From Mobula hypostoma (taxonomy: Eukaryota), in NCBI RefSeq assembly GCF_963921235.1, contig NC_086097.1:149112001-149176000 (forward strand): 64,000 nucleotides of DNA, written 5' to 3'. The notes under the pieces are model-generated. The model was not told the origin of the DNA and ran no database searches. It worked only from the letters and a program-made list of their open reading frames with translations. Shown here one piece after another: positions 52,201 through 60,889 of this stretch; the first letter of the stretch is position 1; each line of letters starts with the position of its first letter. Made by a program: the position numbers and the translations under genes.

Positions 52201-55200
52201 AATTTTAATTTACAGTCAAGGGCTATTCGACATTCACAGTTAATTATGCTACAATTTCTGCACCTTATTCTAAAAAATTGCTAGCACTTTAACCATTTTT
52301 TGTAAAGATTTTGACTGCTAAATGGTAGAACTTATTCCCGTAGCCTCATGAAAGCATGCCATTTCTTTCTAAAATATGAGTGGACCAGTCAATGTTGAAT
52401 GTTTTAATATCAGCATCACACTTATATTTGCAGAAAATTGATATCAATTAGTCTGATACTGAATAAAATGATTAGAGACTAGAAACAAAATATCCAGGTC
52501 CAACATTTCCCTCCCAGCTACCGTACAAATTTCCAACCTATGTCTATTGTCTCCCTTAAACAGAAGGCTACTTAATAATTTGTTTTAAAATGTCAGTGGA
52601 AGGAGACTGTTGCTCTGTTATTAAGTGCTATTAATATTTTGATATTTAGTTTATCTTGTTATTTTAATATGTAATAAAACATCAGACCTTGACTCTTATG
52701 TCACCGTATCTTAATCCCAAATGGTATGTATTTTTTCAAGTTATTCTGTAACTAAGTTGTGAAATTGCTGGGTTTTCTTTGTGGATAGTGTATGTTTCCC
52801 CTGCATCTGTCCGTTGAAGCCTGGCCCTGTCAGGAGCTTGGGCCACACATCGTAATGTAGCGTCTCAGAGCAGGTTCTCTCTTGTGAGCTCTATGATATG
52901 CATCATCATATAACATAGTTTAGAGTTGGATAACTGAGGTATTGTTGAATCAAATCATATTTCAAGTGATATTCCATCTAAGAAATGTCCAATTCCTCGG
53001 TACAAATTCAACAAACAATTGCAGTCCTGAGTCATAAGTGCTGACCAACAAAGCACTGTAGATGCTGGGCGTTTAAAATAAAAATGGAAAATTGCTGAAA
53101 ATTCACAGCAGTTCAGCCGGCAACTGTGTAGAGAGTAACAGAGGTAACATTGGCTCTTCATCAGTAATGTCATTGAGAGCTCTCCTAAAGGCTCAATGAC
53201 CTGAGAAGTTACACACTCAAAATGCTGGAGGAACTCAGCAGGCCAGGCAGCACCTGTGGAAAAGAGTACAGTCAACGTCACAGGCCGAGACTCTTCTGCA
53301 AGACTGGAGAAAAAAGATGAGGAATCAGAGTAAACAGGTGGGGGAAGGGGAGGGAGAAACACAAGGTGATGGGCGAAATGGGGAGGGGGGGAAGGGTGAA
53401 TTAAAGAGTTGGGAAGTTGATTGGTGAAAGGGATAAAGGGCTGGAGAAGGGAGAATCTAATAGGAGAGGACAAAGGGCCATGGAAGAAAGAAAAAGGAGC
53501 ACCAGAGAGAGGCAAATGGGAATGGGGAATAGAGGAAGGGAGGGGGGCATTACCAGAAGTTTGAGAAATTGATGTTCATGCCATCAGGTTGGAGGCTACC
53601 CAGACAGAATATAAAGTGTTGTTCCTCCAGCCTGAGTGTGGCCTCATCGCGACAGTAGAGGAGGCCATGGATGGACATGTTGGAATGGGAATGGGAAGTG
53701 GAATTAAAATGGATGGCTACTGGGAGATCCTCCTTTTTCTGGTGGACGGAGTCTAGGTGCTCAGTGACACAGTCTCCCAATCTATGTCAGGTCTACAAGA
53801 GGCTACACCAGGAGCACTGGATATAATAGATGACCCCAACAGGGATGAATGGACAAGGGAGTCACTAAGGGAGCGATCCCTGCGCAAAGCAGAAGGTGGG
53901 GGAAAGGGAAAGATGTGTTCGCTCCCTACCTGATTCCCTTGTCCTTGTCCCTTGTCCTGGCACCTATCTTTGCAAGCGAAACAAATGCCACACCTGCCCC
54001 TACACCTCCTCTCTCACTACTATTTAGGGCCCCAAACAGTTCTTCCAGGTGAGGCGACACTTCACCTGTGAGTCTGTTGGTGTCATCTACTGTATCTGGT
54101 GCTCCCGGTGTAGCCTCTTGTATATCGGTGAGGCCCGATGTAGGTTAGAAGACCGCTTTGCCGAGTACCTGCACTCCATCGCCAGAGAAAGAGGAATCTC
54201 CCAGTAGCCACCCATTTTAATTCCACTTCCCATTCCCATTCCCATTCCGATATATGTCCATCCATGCCCTTCACTACGGTCGTGATGAGGAGCAACACCT
54301 TATGTTCCGTCTGGGTAGCCTCCAACTTGATGACATGAACATCGACTTTTGGAACTTCCGGTAAAGCCCCCCTCCCTTCTCTCTTCCCTATTCCTATTTC
54401 CCTCTCTCACTCTATCCCTTGCCTGCCCATCACCTCCCTCTGGTGCTCCTCCCCCCATTTTCTTTCTTCCATGGCCTTCTGTCCTCTCCTATTAGATTCC
54501 CCCTTCTCCAGCCCTGTATCTCTTTCATGAATCAACTTCCCAACTCTCCACCCCTTTCCCACTTCTAGTTTTCCCTATCACCTTGTGTTTCTCCCTCCCC
54601 TCCCCACACCCTTTTACTCTGACTCCTCATCTTTTTTCTCCAGTCCTGCTGAAAAGTCTCGGCCCCAAATGTCTACCGTACTCTTTTCCATAGATGCTGC
54701 CTTGCCTATTGAGTTCCTCCAGCATTTTGTATATGTTACTTGGATTTCCAGCATCTGCAGATTTTCTCTTGTTTGTGACCTGAAAAGTTAATTATTTCTC
54801 TGTCCATAGAAACAGCCAGAACATCAATTTTTCTTGCCTCCTGTGGTAAAATCAAGCAGTTTCACACCATTTCCTCATCTAACTCATTCTATCTCGGGAA
54901 TTCACGCCTCTAGTGTTATCTAAGTCCTTCAGTCTGCCCCTCCCTCCTGTAATACAGAAGTTTTGAATTGCCCTCTTCCATCTCTAACCATTGTGGTCTT
55001 GCACAGGGGACCTGACTTTTTTACTAGTGAAAAAAGAATAAGCTTTTAAGATGGGTAAAGTCTGAAAATTGCTATTCTTCCTATATAGAATGATGGTATA
55101 TTTTTCTTTTGTCTTTTAGTTCTTGGCATATCTGTTCTCTAAAGAGAACATGATCTTGGACTCTAGGTTTGAACGTGTGGCTCCTGAGGAAATGAACCAC

Positions 55201-58200
55201 CCTCTTTCTAACTACTGGATCTCCTCCTCGCACAACACGTTAAGTAACGCTCTATATTTTTAAAATACCATTGATGAAATCTGAAGTTTCCCACCTGTTC
55301 TTCAGCTTGAAGTGTGATGTGATGTCAGATTTGACAAACCAGCATCTGGGAGCCAAATCCTGAGATTATAAATTGGGTGCAGAAAAGCAATTTAATCAGA
55401 GAAGAGGAAGTAAACACAAGGTGTGCTCATAAATTCACGGTACAGTCTGGCCCAGTTCAGACTGAATTTTCCTTTCTCCGAGTACTAAGTCAGCCCATAA
55501 GAACAACCATTCACAAAAGATCTGGAGAATTTACTATTTGCCTTTACTATTCAATATTCATTTAGTTGAGACATGGGGGTGGGTGGAAGTTTGGGAGGTG
55601 AGGTTATCCTGAGGTTCCTGCCAGGATCATTCTTGACACAGCTTTGTAAGAGCCTGTGCAAGTTGGTCCATCTGATTTCCATTCATTTTAGGTTGGAAGG
55701 TCCCAATGGGTTCATGGTCAAAACTAATGTGTCAGTGTGTGGAATCAGAGGTATGGATCTCGTCAGTGAACAAGCAGGAATTTGAGAAACTGTTTGGTGA
55801 TGTGGATTGGTTTTATTGGTGCCTATGAAACTTAATATCGGAAACTACTGGTGGGAGTGCGGATAGTGGAAGAAAAGGAACAAACAATCATGGACCTTTA
55901 TAAATTTTAGAGCATTGAATATAAGAAAGAAAGAAAAGCTGAATTGATCCAACACATTTCATTACCTTGTGACATCCCTCTACTCTAATGGAGGGAGGTT
56001 TAATTGTCACTCGCCTCACACCAGGTGTTTAGGCAGATGTGATGTTTGGGGTTTAAAGCAAAATTAAAAAGAAATTGCAATCTAAAATCTGCCACACTCC
56101 TCCTCTTTACTGTGATTTCTTAGTTAGCCACCAATACCTCCAAAATCAAATTCTTGGATGTGCTTTATACAATAAAGGAGCATGCCTTCATTACCTCAGA
56201 GTAAGTTACTACAAAACGTTAGACAGTCATCATAGTCAGAGTCATACTTTATTGAAGGAGGATAAGAGGAGAGATGATAGAGGTATACAAGATAATAAGA
56301 AGAATAGATAGAGTGGATAGCCAGCGCCTCTTCCCCAGGGCACCACTGCTCAATACAAGAGGACATGGCTTTAAGGTAAGGGGTGGGAAGTTCAAGGGGG
56401 ATATTAGAGGAAGGTTTTTTTACTCAGAGAGTGGTTGGTGTGTGGAATGCACTGCCTGAGTCAGTGGTGGAGGCAGATACACTAGTGAAGTTTAAGAGAC
56501 TACTAGACAGGTATATGGAGGAATCTAAGGTGGGGGCTTATATGGGAGGCAGGGTTTGAGGGTCGGCACAACATAGTGGGCCGAAGGGCCTGTACTGTGC
56601 TGTACTATTCTATGTTCTATGTTCAATCATTCCCTAATCTCTTCTACCTCTGTATCATTTTCATCCTCTTCCTCTATTTCCTGATAACCAAATGGTTCAT
56701 GCTTGTTTTCTCCAGCAGCTTGGAGAGTTATGCCCTAAGGAAATGATAAAGATATTCAATGCTAAATTCTTTTAATGTCTTACAATACCTGGAATTCCAA
56801 GGGCCACTTTGCATCTGCACGCTTGCACTCCTGCCTGTAATCATTTCAGTTAAGGGTAACATTGAAAGAATGGCTGAATTGCTCTTCATCTCTTCCAGGT
56901 ATTTGACCGGAGACCAGTTTTCCAGTGAGTCGTCATTAGAAGCCTATGCCCGATGTTTGAGGATGGGATGCCGCTGTATAGAACGTAAACCTTCTCTCCT
57001 TTATCAATGTAGCTTTTAGATTTTCATCTTCCTTTGATGCTGACTCCAATGATGATGTGTTTCCCCTAAACTTCAGCTTGAACGGTGAATTTCTATGACA
57101 GTCAGTAAGACTAGGACCAAGCTTGTTAGTGATCATTAGCTTAGCCTTTCTCCTCTCACCTATGCTATGAGGTATTCAGAAGTACAAAAGCTGGCGGATT
57201 TTCCACCACTTACCTTAGAGTGATGACAAATGCAAATGAAATATATGTTCTCTCTTGAGTTACTCAGCAATAAGTGACCTTGAAACATTGTTCTTACTTT
57301 ATCTTCGCTTTTAACATGTTTTCTGTATAAATATTGTGGCAGGAAGTAAACAAGGCTTTGGTATCATACCATTTGTGGAAAATAAGATCTGGCTCAGGGT
57401 ACTTATAATTTTTTTAATTAAAGAGTGTCCATTATTTCTGCATGGTGATGAAAGAAGGTTAACAAAAGGGATGAATCTTTCAACATGTTTACTGGTCAAT
57501 GCTGACTTATGACTAGAAATTATGCACTTTATTTGTAATAGTGAAAGAAAGCTATGAATTGGTGATAGAAAAAGTGACAAGAAAACAAGGTCCCAATTAA
57601 ATTGCATTTTATTATATTTCAAACATATCATCAGTCATTAATTTATATGTAGGTGCCTTTTTAACACTCTCTGCTTCTTCATGACATCTCCAATTTACTG
57701 CGATTTGGATTCAGTTTTACCAGAAGATAAAATGCACCCTCTTGTGGAGGTTCTGAAAAGTTCACTCACTAAGACTGAAGGTCTTTAAAATAAATCTGTG
57801 CTGTTACTAACTGATTATCTGCTTTGCAGTGGACTGCTGGGACGGCCCAGATGACCTGCCAATTATTTATCATGGGCACACACTTACCTCCAAAATCAAA
57901 TTCTTGGATGTGCTTTATACAATAAAGGAGCATGCCTTCATTACCTCAGAGTAAGTTACTACAACACATTAGACAGTGATCATAGTCATAGTCATACTTT
58001 ATTGATCCTGGGGGAAATTGGTTTTCGTTACAGTTGCACCATAAATAATAAATAGTAATAAAACCATAAATAATTAAATAGTAATATGTAAATTATGCCA
58101 GGAAATAAGTCCAGGACCAGCCTATTTGCTCAGGGTGTCTGACCCTCCAAGGGAGGAGTTGTAAAGTTTGATGGCCACAGGCAGGAATGACTTCTTTTGA

Positions 58201-60754
58201 CGCTCAGTGTTGCATCTCGTTGGAATGAGTTTCTGGCTGAAAGTACTCCAGTGCCCAACCAGTACATTATGTAGTGGATGGGAGACATTGTCCAAGATGG
58301 CATGCAACTTGGACAGCATCCTCTTTTCAGACACCACCATCAGAGAGTCTAGTTCCATCCCCACAACATCACTGGCCTTACGAATGAGTTTGTTGATTCT
58401 GTTGGTGTCTGCTACCCTCAGCCTGCTGCCCCAGCACACAACAGCAAACATGATAGCACTGGCCACCACAGACTCGTAGAACATCCTCAGCATCGTCCAG
58501 CAGATGTTAAAGGACCTCAGTCTCCTCAGGAAATAGAGACGGCTCTGACCCTTCTTGTAGACAGCCTCAGTGTTCTTTGACCAGTCCAGTTTATTGTCAA
58601 TTCGTATCCCTAGGTATTAGTAATCCTCCACCATGTCCATACTGACCCCCTGGATGGAAACAGGGGTCACCGGTACCTTAGCTCTCCTCAGGTCTACCAC
58701 CAGCTCCTTAGTCTTTTTCACATGAAGCTGCAGATAATTCTGCTCACACCATGTGACGAAGTTTCCTACCGTAGCCCTGTACTCAGCCTCATCTCCCTTG
58801 CTGATGCATCCAACTATGGTTGAGTCATCAGATTCTGCCATAGTTGGATTCTGCCAATCTTTATAAGATTGCAAACAAGTAGTTCAAGTATTCAGTTTCT
58901 CTAAGTAATTCTTTATAAATTGCATCATGATCTTCAATTTCCTTTGAACCAAAATATCCATGCTTGTTCTATCCTTCCCAAATTGTCCTGTCTCCACTTC
59001 CCTTTTCTAATAGAAACATAGAAAACCTACAGCACAATACAGGCCCTTCGGCCCACAAAGTTGTGCCGAACATGTCCCTACCTTAGAAATTACTAGGCTT
59101 ACCCATAGCCCTCTATTTTTCTAAGCTCCATGTACCTATCCAAAAGTCTGTTAAAAGACCCTATCATATCCGCCTCCACCACCATTGCCGGCAGCCCGTT
59201 CCACACACTCACCACTCTCTGCGTAAGAAACTTACCTCTGACATCTCCTCTGTACCTGCTCCCCAGCACCTTAAACCTGTGACCTCTTGTGGCAACCATT
59301 TCAGCCCTGGGAAAAAGCCTCTGACTATTCACACGATCAATGTGTTTCATCATCATATACACCTCTATCAGATCACCTCTCATCCTCCGTCGCTCCAAAG
59401 AGAAAAGGTCGAGTTCGCTCAAATTGTTTTCATAAGGCATGCTCCCCAATCCAGGCAACATCTTTGTAAATCTCCTCTGCACCCTTTCTATGGCTTCCAT
59501 ACCCTTCCTGTAGTGAGGCGACCAGACTCGGACCCCAAGATCCTTTAGACTTCAGACACTTTACCCATTATTCCCATTTTATCTTTGTTCAATCTTTTCA
59601 CAGTCCTATTCACACATCCTGTTCATCTTAGGGTTCTCAATCCTCCAAACTTGGGCCTCTCTTTTCCTCATCTCAATACCATTTACAGGTAGTATTATTT
59701 GTAAATGTGAGATCAGTTTTCACAAATCTGATAGCTATACTCATTTTTTTCCTTCTCTGCTGTTAACCTTAACTCTTAAATCCCCAATCACTTTTCTATC
59801 AAGTTAAAAATGATTCCCACTGATTTTTTTTTATCTTACACCTGTTTCATCACCCTGGATTATTTTATATTTCCATGTCTATTCCATGGACTGGAATACT
59901 CGAAGTAAACCCTCAGTTTCCTCTCTCACCTCACTGAAGGTCATCATCTTTGATTTGCATTGGGATATCACTTCAGATATTGCTCAGTGTTTGGGTTTCA
60001 GAAGCAATTTTAATTTCCAGAATGTCTGTGGTCTGGCATAGTTGGACAACCTATCTCAAGGATAAAAACAAAGGGCCGATGCAAGTTTCATTCCCAATTG
60101 AAAGCAGTGAGACCTTTCATCAGGTGGTAAGCTAAGATTATTTATTTGCTCAACCTAAAAAAAAGCTCAAAATTAATGAGATCCATTTCATTAATATAAT
60201 TTTCATTTATATGGTGTATTTCACATCCTCATGTCTATCCAAGTTCCAAGTCAGTCAAGTCAAAGTAAAGATTCTTATGTCAACACACAGACAAAAACTG
60301 TTGCTAGTTGTACAACTAGTTACATGTGGAAAGGGCAATGAATAATCAGTTAATCTATATTTGGTTGAGTGATAACTCAATGCCAGGTTACTGGCAGAAC
60401 ACTATTCTTTTGCAGCTTCAACACATCTGGTCCTCTAGAGTAGGAATCTTTCAATAGTCAAGTGTTTGCAAACAAGTGTTTTTTTAATAATACCTTTTTT
60501 GGTAATTAATTTTTATTTTCTGAAATGAGAATGATGAATCCAATCTGAACCAAAACTATATTAGTTGCCACGTGTATAATTCCAGGTATCCCATAATCCT
60601 CTCTATCGAAGACCATTGCAGTGTTGTGCAGCAGCGAAATATGGCATCTTACTTCAAGAAGGTTTTTGGAGACATGTTGTTGACCAAACCTGTGGACATC
60701 AATGCAGATGAACTTCCATCACCCAATCAGCTGAAGAAGAAAATCCTGATAAAG
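14429..60754 (+). CDS. PLCG1: Phospholipase C gamma (PLCG1 or PLCG1-like paralogue), partial multi-exon CDS of 11 exons; gene extends beyond both window ends
   Basis: Manually spliced exons 14429-14522, 18328-18375, 38175-38259, 44349-44429, 47622-47656, 48357-48429, 50034-50135, 55120-55238, 56899-56984, 57830-57950 and 60586-60754 are all AG/GT bounded with compatible phases. Translation: [76 protein letters not shown]...[61 protein letters not shown]...[20 protein letters not shown]...[14 protein letters not shown]. Both catalytic histidines (SSHNT, IYHGH) are present. Confidence 0.95.
14690..16970 (+). mobile_element. Penelope-like retroelement (degraded RT and GIY-YIG endonuclease)
   Basis: RT remnant atggatgttcaatgcctttacacctcc (MDV.SLYTS); GIY-YIG remnant [15 protein letters not shown]...HFNSPS; ends in the catagatgctgc terminal repeat. 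Confidence 0.75.
17100..17420 (+). mobile_element. V-SINE-like element
   Basis: gggcagcacagtagtgaggtt...ccaggattcaaccctgac head; V-domain. Confidence 0.7.
17450..17910 (-). mobile_element. CR1 3' fragment (degraded)
   Basis: Similar to the other minus-strand CR1 ends. Confidence 0.7.
18328..18375 (+). CDS. PLCG1: PLC-gamma exon (~exon 4), 48 bp
   Basis: ttgcag|GTGG...AACAG|gtgagt; encodes [15 protein letters not shown]. Confidence 0.93.
18690..19770 (-). mobile_element. Rex1/Babar fragment with a nested CR1 3' end (~18915-19415, minus)
   Basis: CR1 [34 protein letters not shown]... is flanked on both sides by Rex1-like ORF2 sequence. Confidence 0.8.
21392..21449. promoter_or_regulatory. 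Candidate RFX / CRE / CCAAT composite element
   Basis: TGATTGG, TGACATCA and GTTGCT motifs clustered in non-repetitive intron sequence. Confidence 0.35.
24772..27880 (-). mobile_element. Near full-length Rex1/Babar LINE (APE endonuclease plus RT), disrupted by stops and frameshifts
   Basis: Minus ORFs: [22 protein letters not shown] (APE); [53 protein letters not shown] (RT); 3' tail (gattct)n. Confidence 0.93.
28080..28790 (+). mobile_element. CR1 3' fragment with a nested SINE (~28465-28650, minus)
   Basis: CR1 C-terminal sequence interrupted by SINE tail sequence (atttttcacatgtacatttgaaac...tctttggattgtgggagg). Confidence 0.7.
29690..29905 (-). mobile_element. Deu-domain SINE (SacSINE-like) fragment
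   Basis: gagaggacaggcaaagccttttggtttatcatctcacacgaaagacaacatcccc resembles the reverse Deu-SINE core; related relics at ~22010-22190, ~41780-42030 and ~47980-48220. Confidence 0.5.
30480..30690 (-). mobile_element. V-SINE-like element
   Basis: Reverse V-SINE motifs (cacatctttggtaagtgggagg...ggtcaggatcaaacccgg...attgtgttgcc). Confidence 0.6.
33484..33585 (+). promoter_or_regulatory. Candidate intronic core promoter (RFX X-box, TATA, Inr)
   Basis: GTTGCTATGGTGAT at 33484-33497, TATAAAAG at 33531-33538, TCACTTT at 33561-33567, GTAAGT at 33580-33585. Confidence 0.3.
34237..35839 (+). mobile_element. Complete Tc1/mariner DNA transposon (DD34E, IR/DR type), 1603 bp
   Basis: TA duplications at 34235-34236 and 35840-35841; 212-bp TIRs at 34237-34448 and 35628-35839 with internal AAGTTGGGA direct repeats; transposase between them. 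Confidence 0.96.
34598..35619 (+). pseudogene. Tc1 transposase (~340 aa), inactivated
   Basis: ATG at 34598, in-frame TAG at 34649-34651, first catalytic D changed to G (WSGES, 35057-35059), -1 frameshift in the VWGC G-run (~35182); QQDNA...SPDLSPIEN gives D34E spacing. Confidence 0.93.
35850..36270 (-). mobile_element. CR1 3' fragment (degraded)
   Basis: Minus translation [17 protein letters not shown]...ILRGL. Confidence 0.75.
37685..37840. repeat. Palindromic Penelope terminal-repeat relic
   Basis: ctctaggaagaggtacagtcgacatttcgggccaag / ctcagcctgaaacgtcgactgtacctcttcctagag inverted arms, followed by the element 3' end. Confidence 0.8.
38175..38259 (+). CDS. PLCG1: PLC-gamma exon (~exon 5, EF hand), 85 bp
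   Basis: aacag|TATC...TTG|gtaagt; encodes [28 protein letters not shown]. Confidence 0.94.
38735..39210 (-). mobile_element. CR1 3' fragment, same family as 885-1665
   Basis: [23 protein letters not shown]; strong nucleotide similarity to 890-1330. Confidence 0.88.
39530..41385 (+). mobile_element. Rex1/Babar LINE, 5'-truncated, with a nested antisense Rex1-type fragment
   Basis: [47 protein letters not shown]; tail tcttgaatcttga. Confidence 0.88.
40057..40533 (-). mobile_element. Young Rex1/Babar 3' fragment inserted in the LINE above
   Basis: [24 protein letters not shown]...[15 protein letters not shown]; nearly identical to 58000-58445. Confidence 0.9.
41540..41740. repeat. Inverted pair of Penelope terminal repeats
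   Basis: atgctggaggaac...tctatggagaggaataa and ttattcctctccatagatg...gttcctccagcac form inverted arms. Confidence 0.75.
43300..43640 (+). mobile_element. CR1 3' end (degraded)
   Basis: gagactagaactaggaggccat...gctgaagggccagtatctgtgctata. Confidence 0.65.
44349..44429 (+). CDS. PLCG1: PLC-gamma exon (~exon 6), 81 bp
   Basis: gacag|GAA...TCA|gtgagt; encodes [27 protein letters not shown]. Confidence 0.92.
45720..46440 (+). mobile_element. Rex1/Babar 3' fragment containing a (TTA)n tract
   Basis: [35 protein letters not shown]; 3' UTR and tail. Confidence 0.85.
47622..47656 (+). CDS. PLCG1: PLC-gamma exon (~exon 7), 35 bp
   Basis: T-rich tract then tacag|GTA...CTAAG|gtaagg; encodes [12 protein letters not shown]; needed to restore phase between the flanking exons. 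Confidence 0.88.
48357..48429 (+). CDS. PLCG1: PLC-gamma exon (~exon 8), 73 bp
   Basis: cacag|GAAT...AAG|gtaagc; encodes [24 protein letters not shown]. Confidence 0.93.
48510..48710 (+). mobile_element. CR1 3' end
   Basis: gctgaaggacctgtattgtgc...gttctatgttctatg tail. Confidence 0.75.
50034..50135 (+). CDS. PLCG1: PLC-gamma exon (~exon 9), 102 bp
   Basis: cctag|GAA...GAG|gtagat; encodes [34 protein letters not shown]. Confidence 0.93.
50980..51725 (-). mobile_element. Probable non-autonomous Rex1-related retroelement
   Basis: GC-richer non-coding body, aagatg-type 5' start, and a LINE-like 3' tail with short (ttgaac/ttaaac) repeats. Confidence 0.5.
53205..54780. mobile_element. Head-to-head pair of 5'-truncated Penelope-like elements (minus ~53205-53918, plus ~53919-54780)
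   Basis: GIY-YIG C-terminal peptide ([16 protein letters not shown]...[18 protein letters not shown]) on both strands; terminal repeats at both outer ends. Confidence 0.85.
55120..55238 (+). CDS. PLCG1: PLC-gamma exon (~exon 10, start of X box), 119 bp
   Basis: tttag|TTC...CAACAC|gttaagt; encodes [40 protein letters not shown]. Confidence 0.94.
56135..56255 (+). repeat. 121-bp direct duplication of 57885-58005 (3' half of exon 12, donor and start of intron)
   Basis: Offset is exactly 1750 bp; the 66 exonic nt are identical; 4 mismatches in the intronic part. Confidence 0.97.
56256..56624 (+). mobile_element. Young 5'-truncated CR1 3' end fused to the duplicated exon piece
   Basis: [26 protein letters not shown]...TRGHGFKV; (tatgttc)n tail. 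Confidence 0.9.
56899..56984 (+). CDS. PLCG1: PLC-gamma exon (~exon 11, X box), 86 bp
   Basis: tccag|GTAT...GAAC|gtaaac; encodes [28 protein letters not shown]. Confidence 0.95.
57830..57950 (+). CDS. PLCG1: PLC-gamma exon (~exon 12, X box), 121 bp
   Basis: TACTAAC branch point at 57805-57811, ttgcag|TGGAC...TCAGA|gtaagt; encodes [41 protein letters not shown]. Confidence 0.95.
57980..58832 (-). mobile_element. Young Rex1/Babar 3' fragment 30 bp downstream of exon 12
   Basis: [18 protein letters not shown]...[33 protein letters not shown]; tail (gactat)n. Confidence 0.92.
59005..59525 (-). mobile_element. Young CR1 3' end
   Basis: Open [20 protein letters not shown]...[14 protein letters not shown]. 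Confidence 0.92.
60586..60754 (+). CDS. PLCG1: PLC-gamma exon (~exon 13, end of X box), 169 bp
   Basis: tccag|GTAT...AAAG|gtagat; encodes [56 protein letters not shown]. Confidence 0.95.
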
Positions 60755-60889
60755 GTAGATGAAATAATTGCATGGTGGCAGAAATACTATGTGACTTAAT
60801 CTGTCTGTAATGTTGAATTTGAGTTACATTACCTTCTTTAACAGGCCTGCTGTTAATATTGAGACTTACTGTATTGTGTCAGCCTTAAA

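Noticed and set aside
56985..57829. Possible U12-type intron (donor GTAAACCTT)
   Set aside because: The donor does not match RTATCCTT, and the branch site is a U2-type TACTAAC.
14429..60754. Assignment to PLCG2
   Set aside because: Diagnostic motifs are PLCG1-type ([26 protein letters not shown]) rather than PLCG2-type (GDQLRSESS, HGWTRT, SIEEH).
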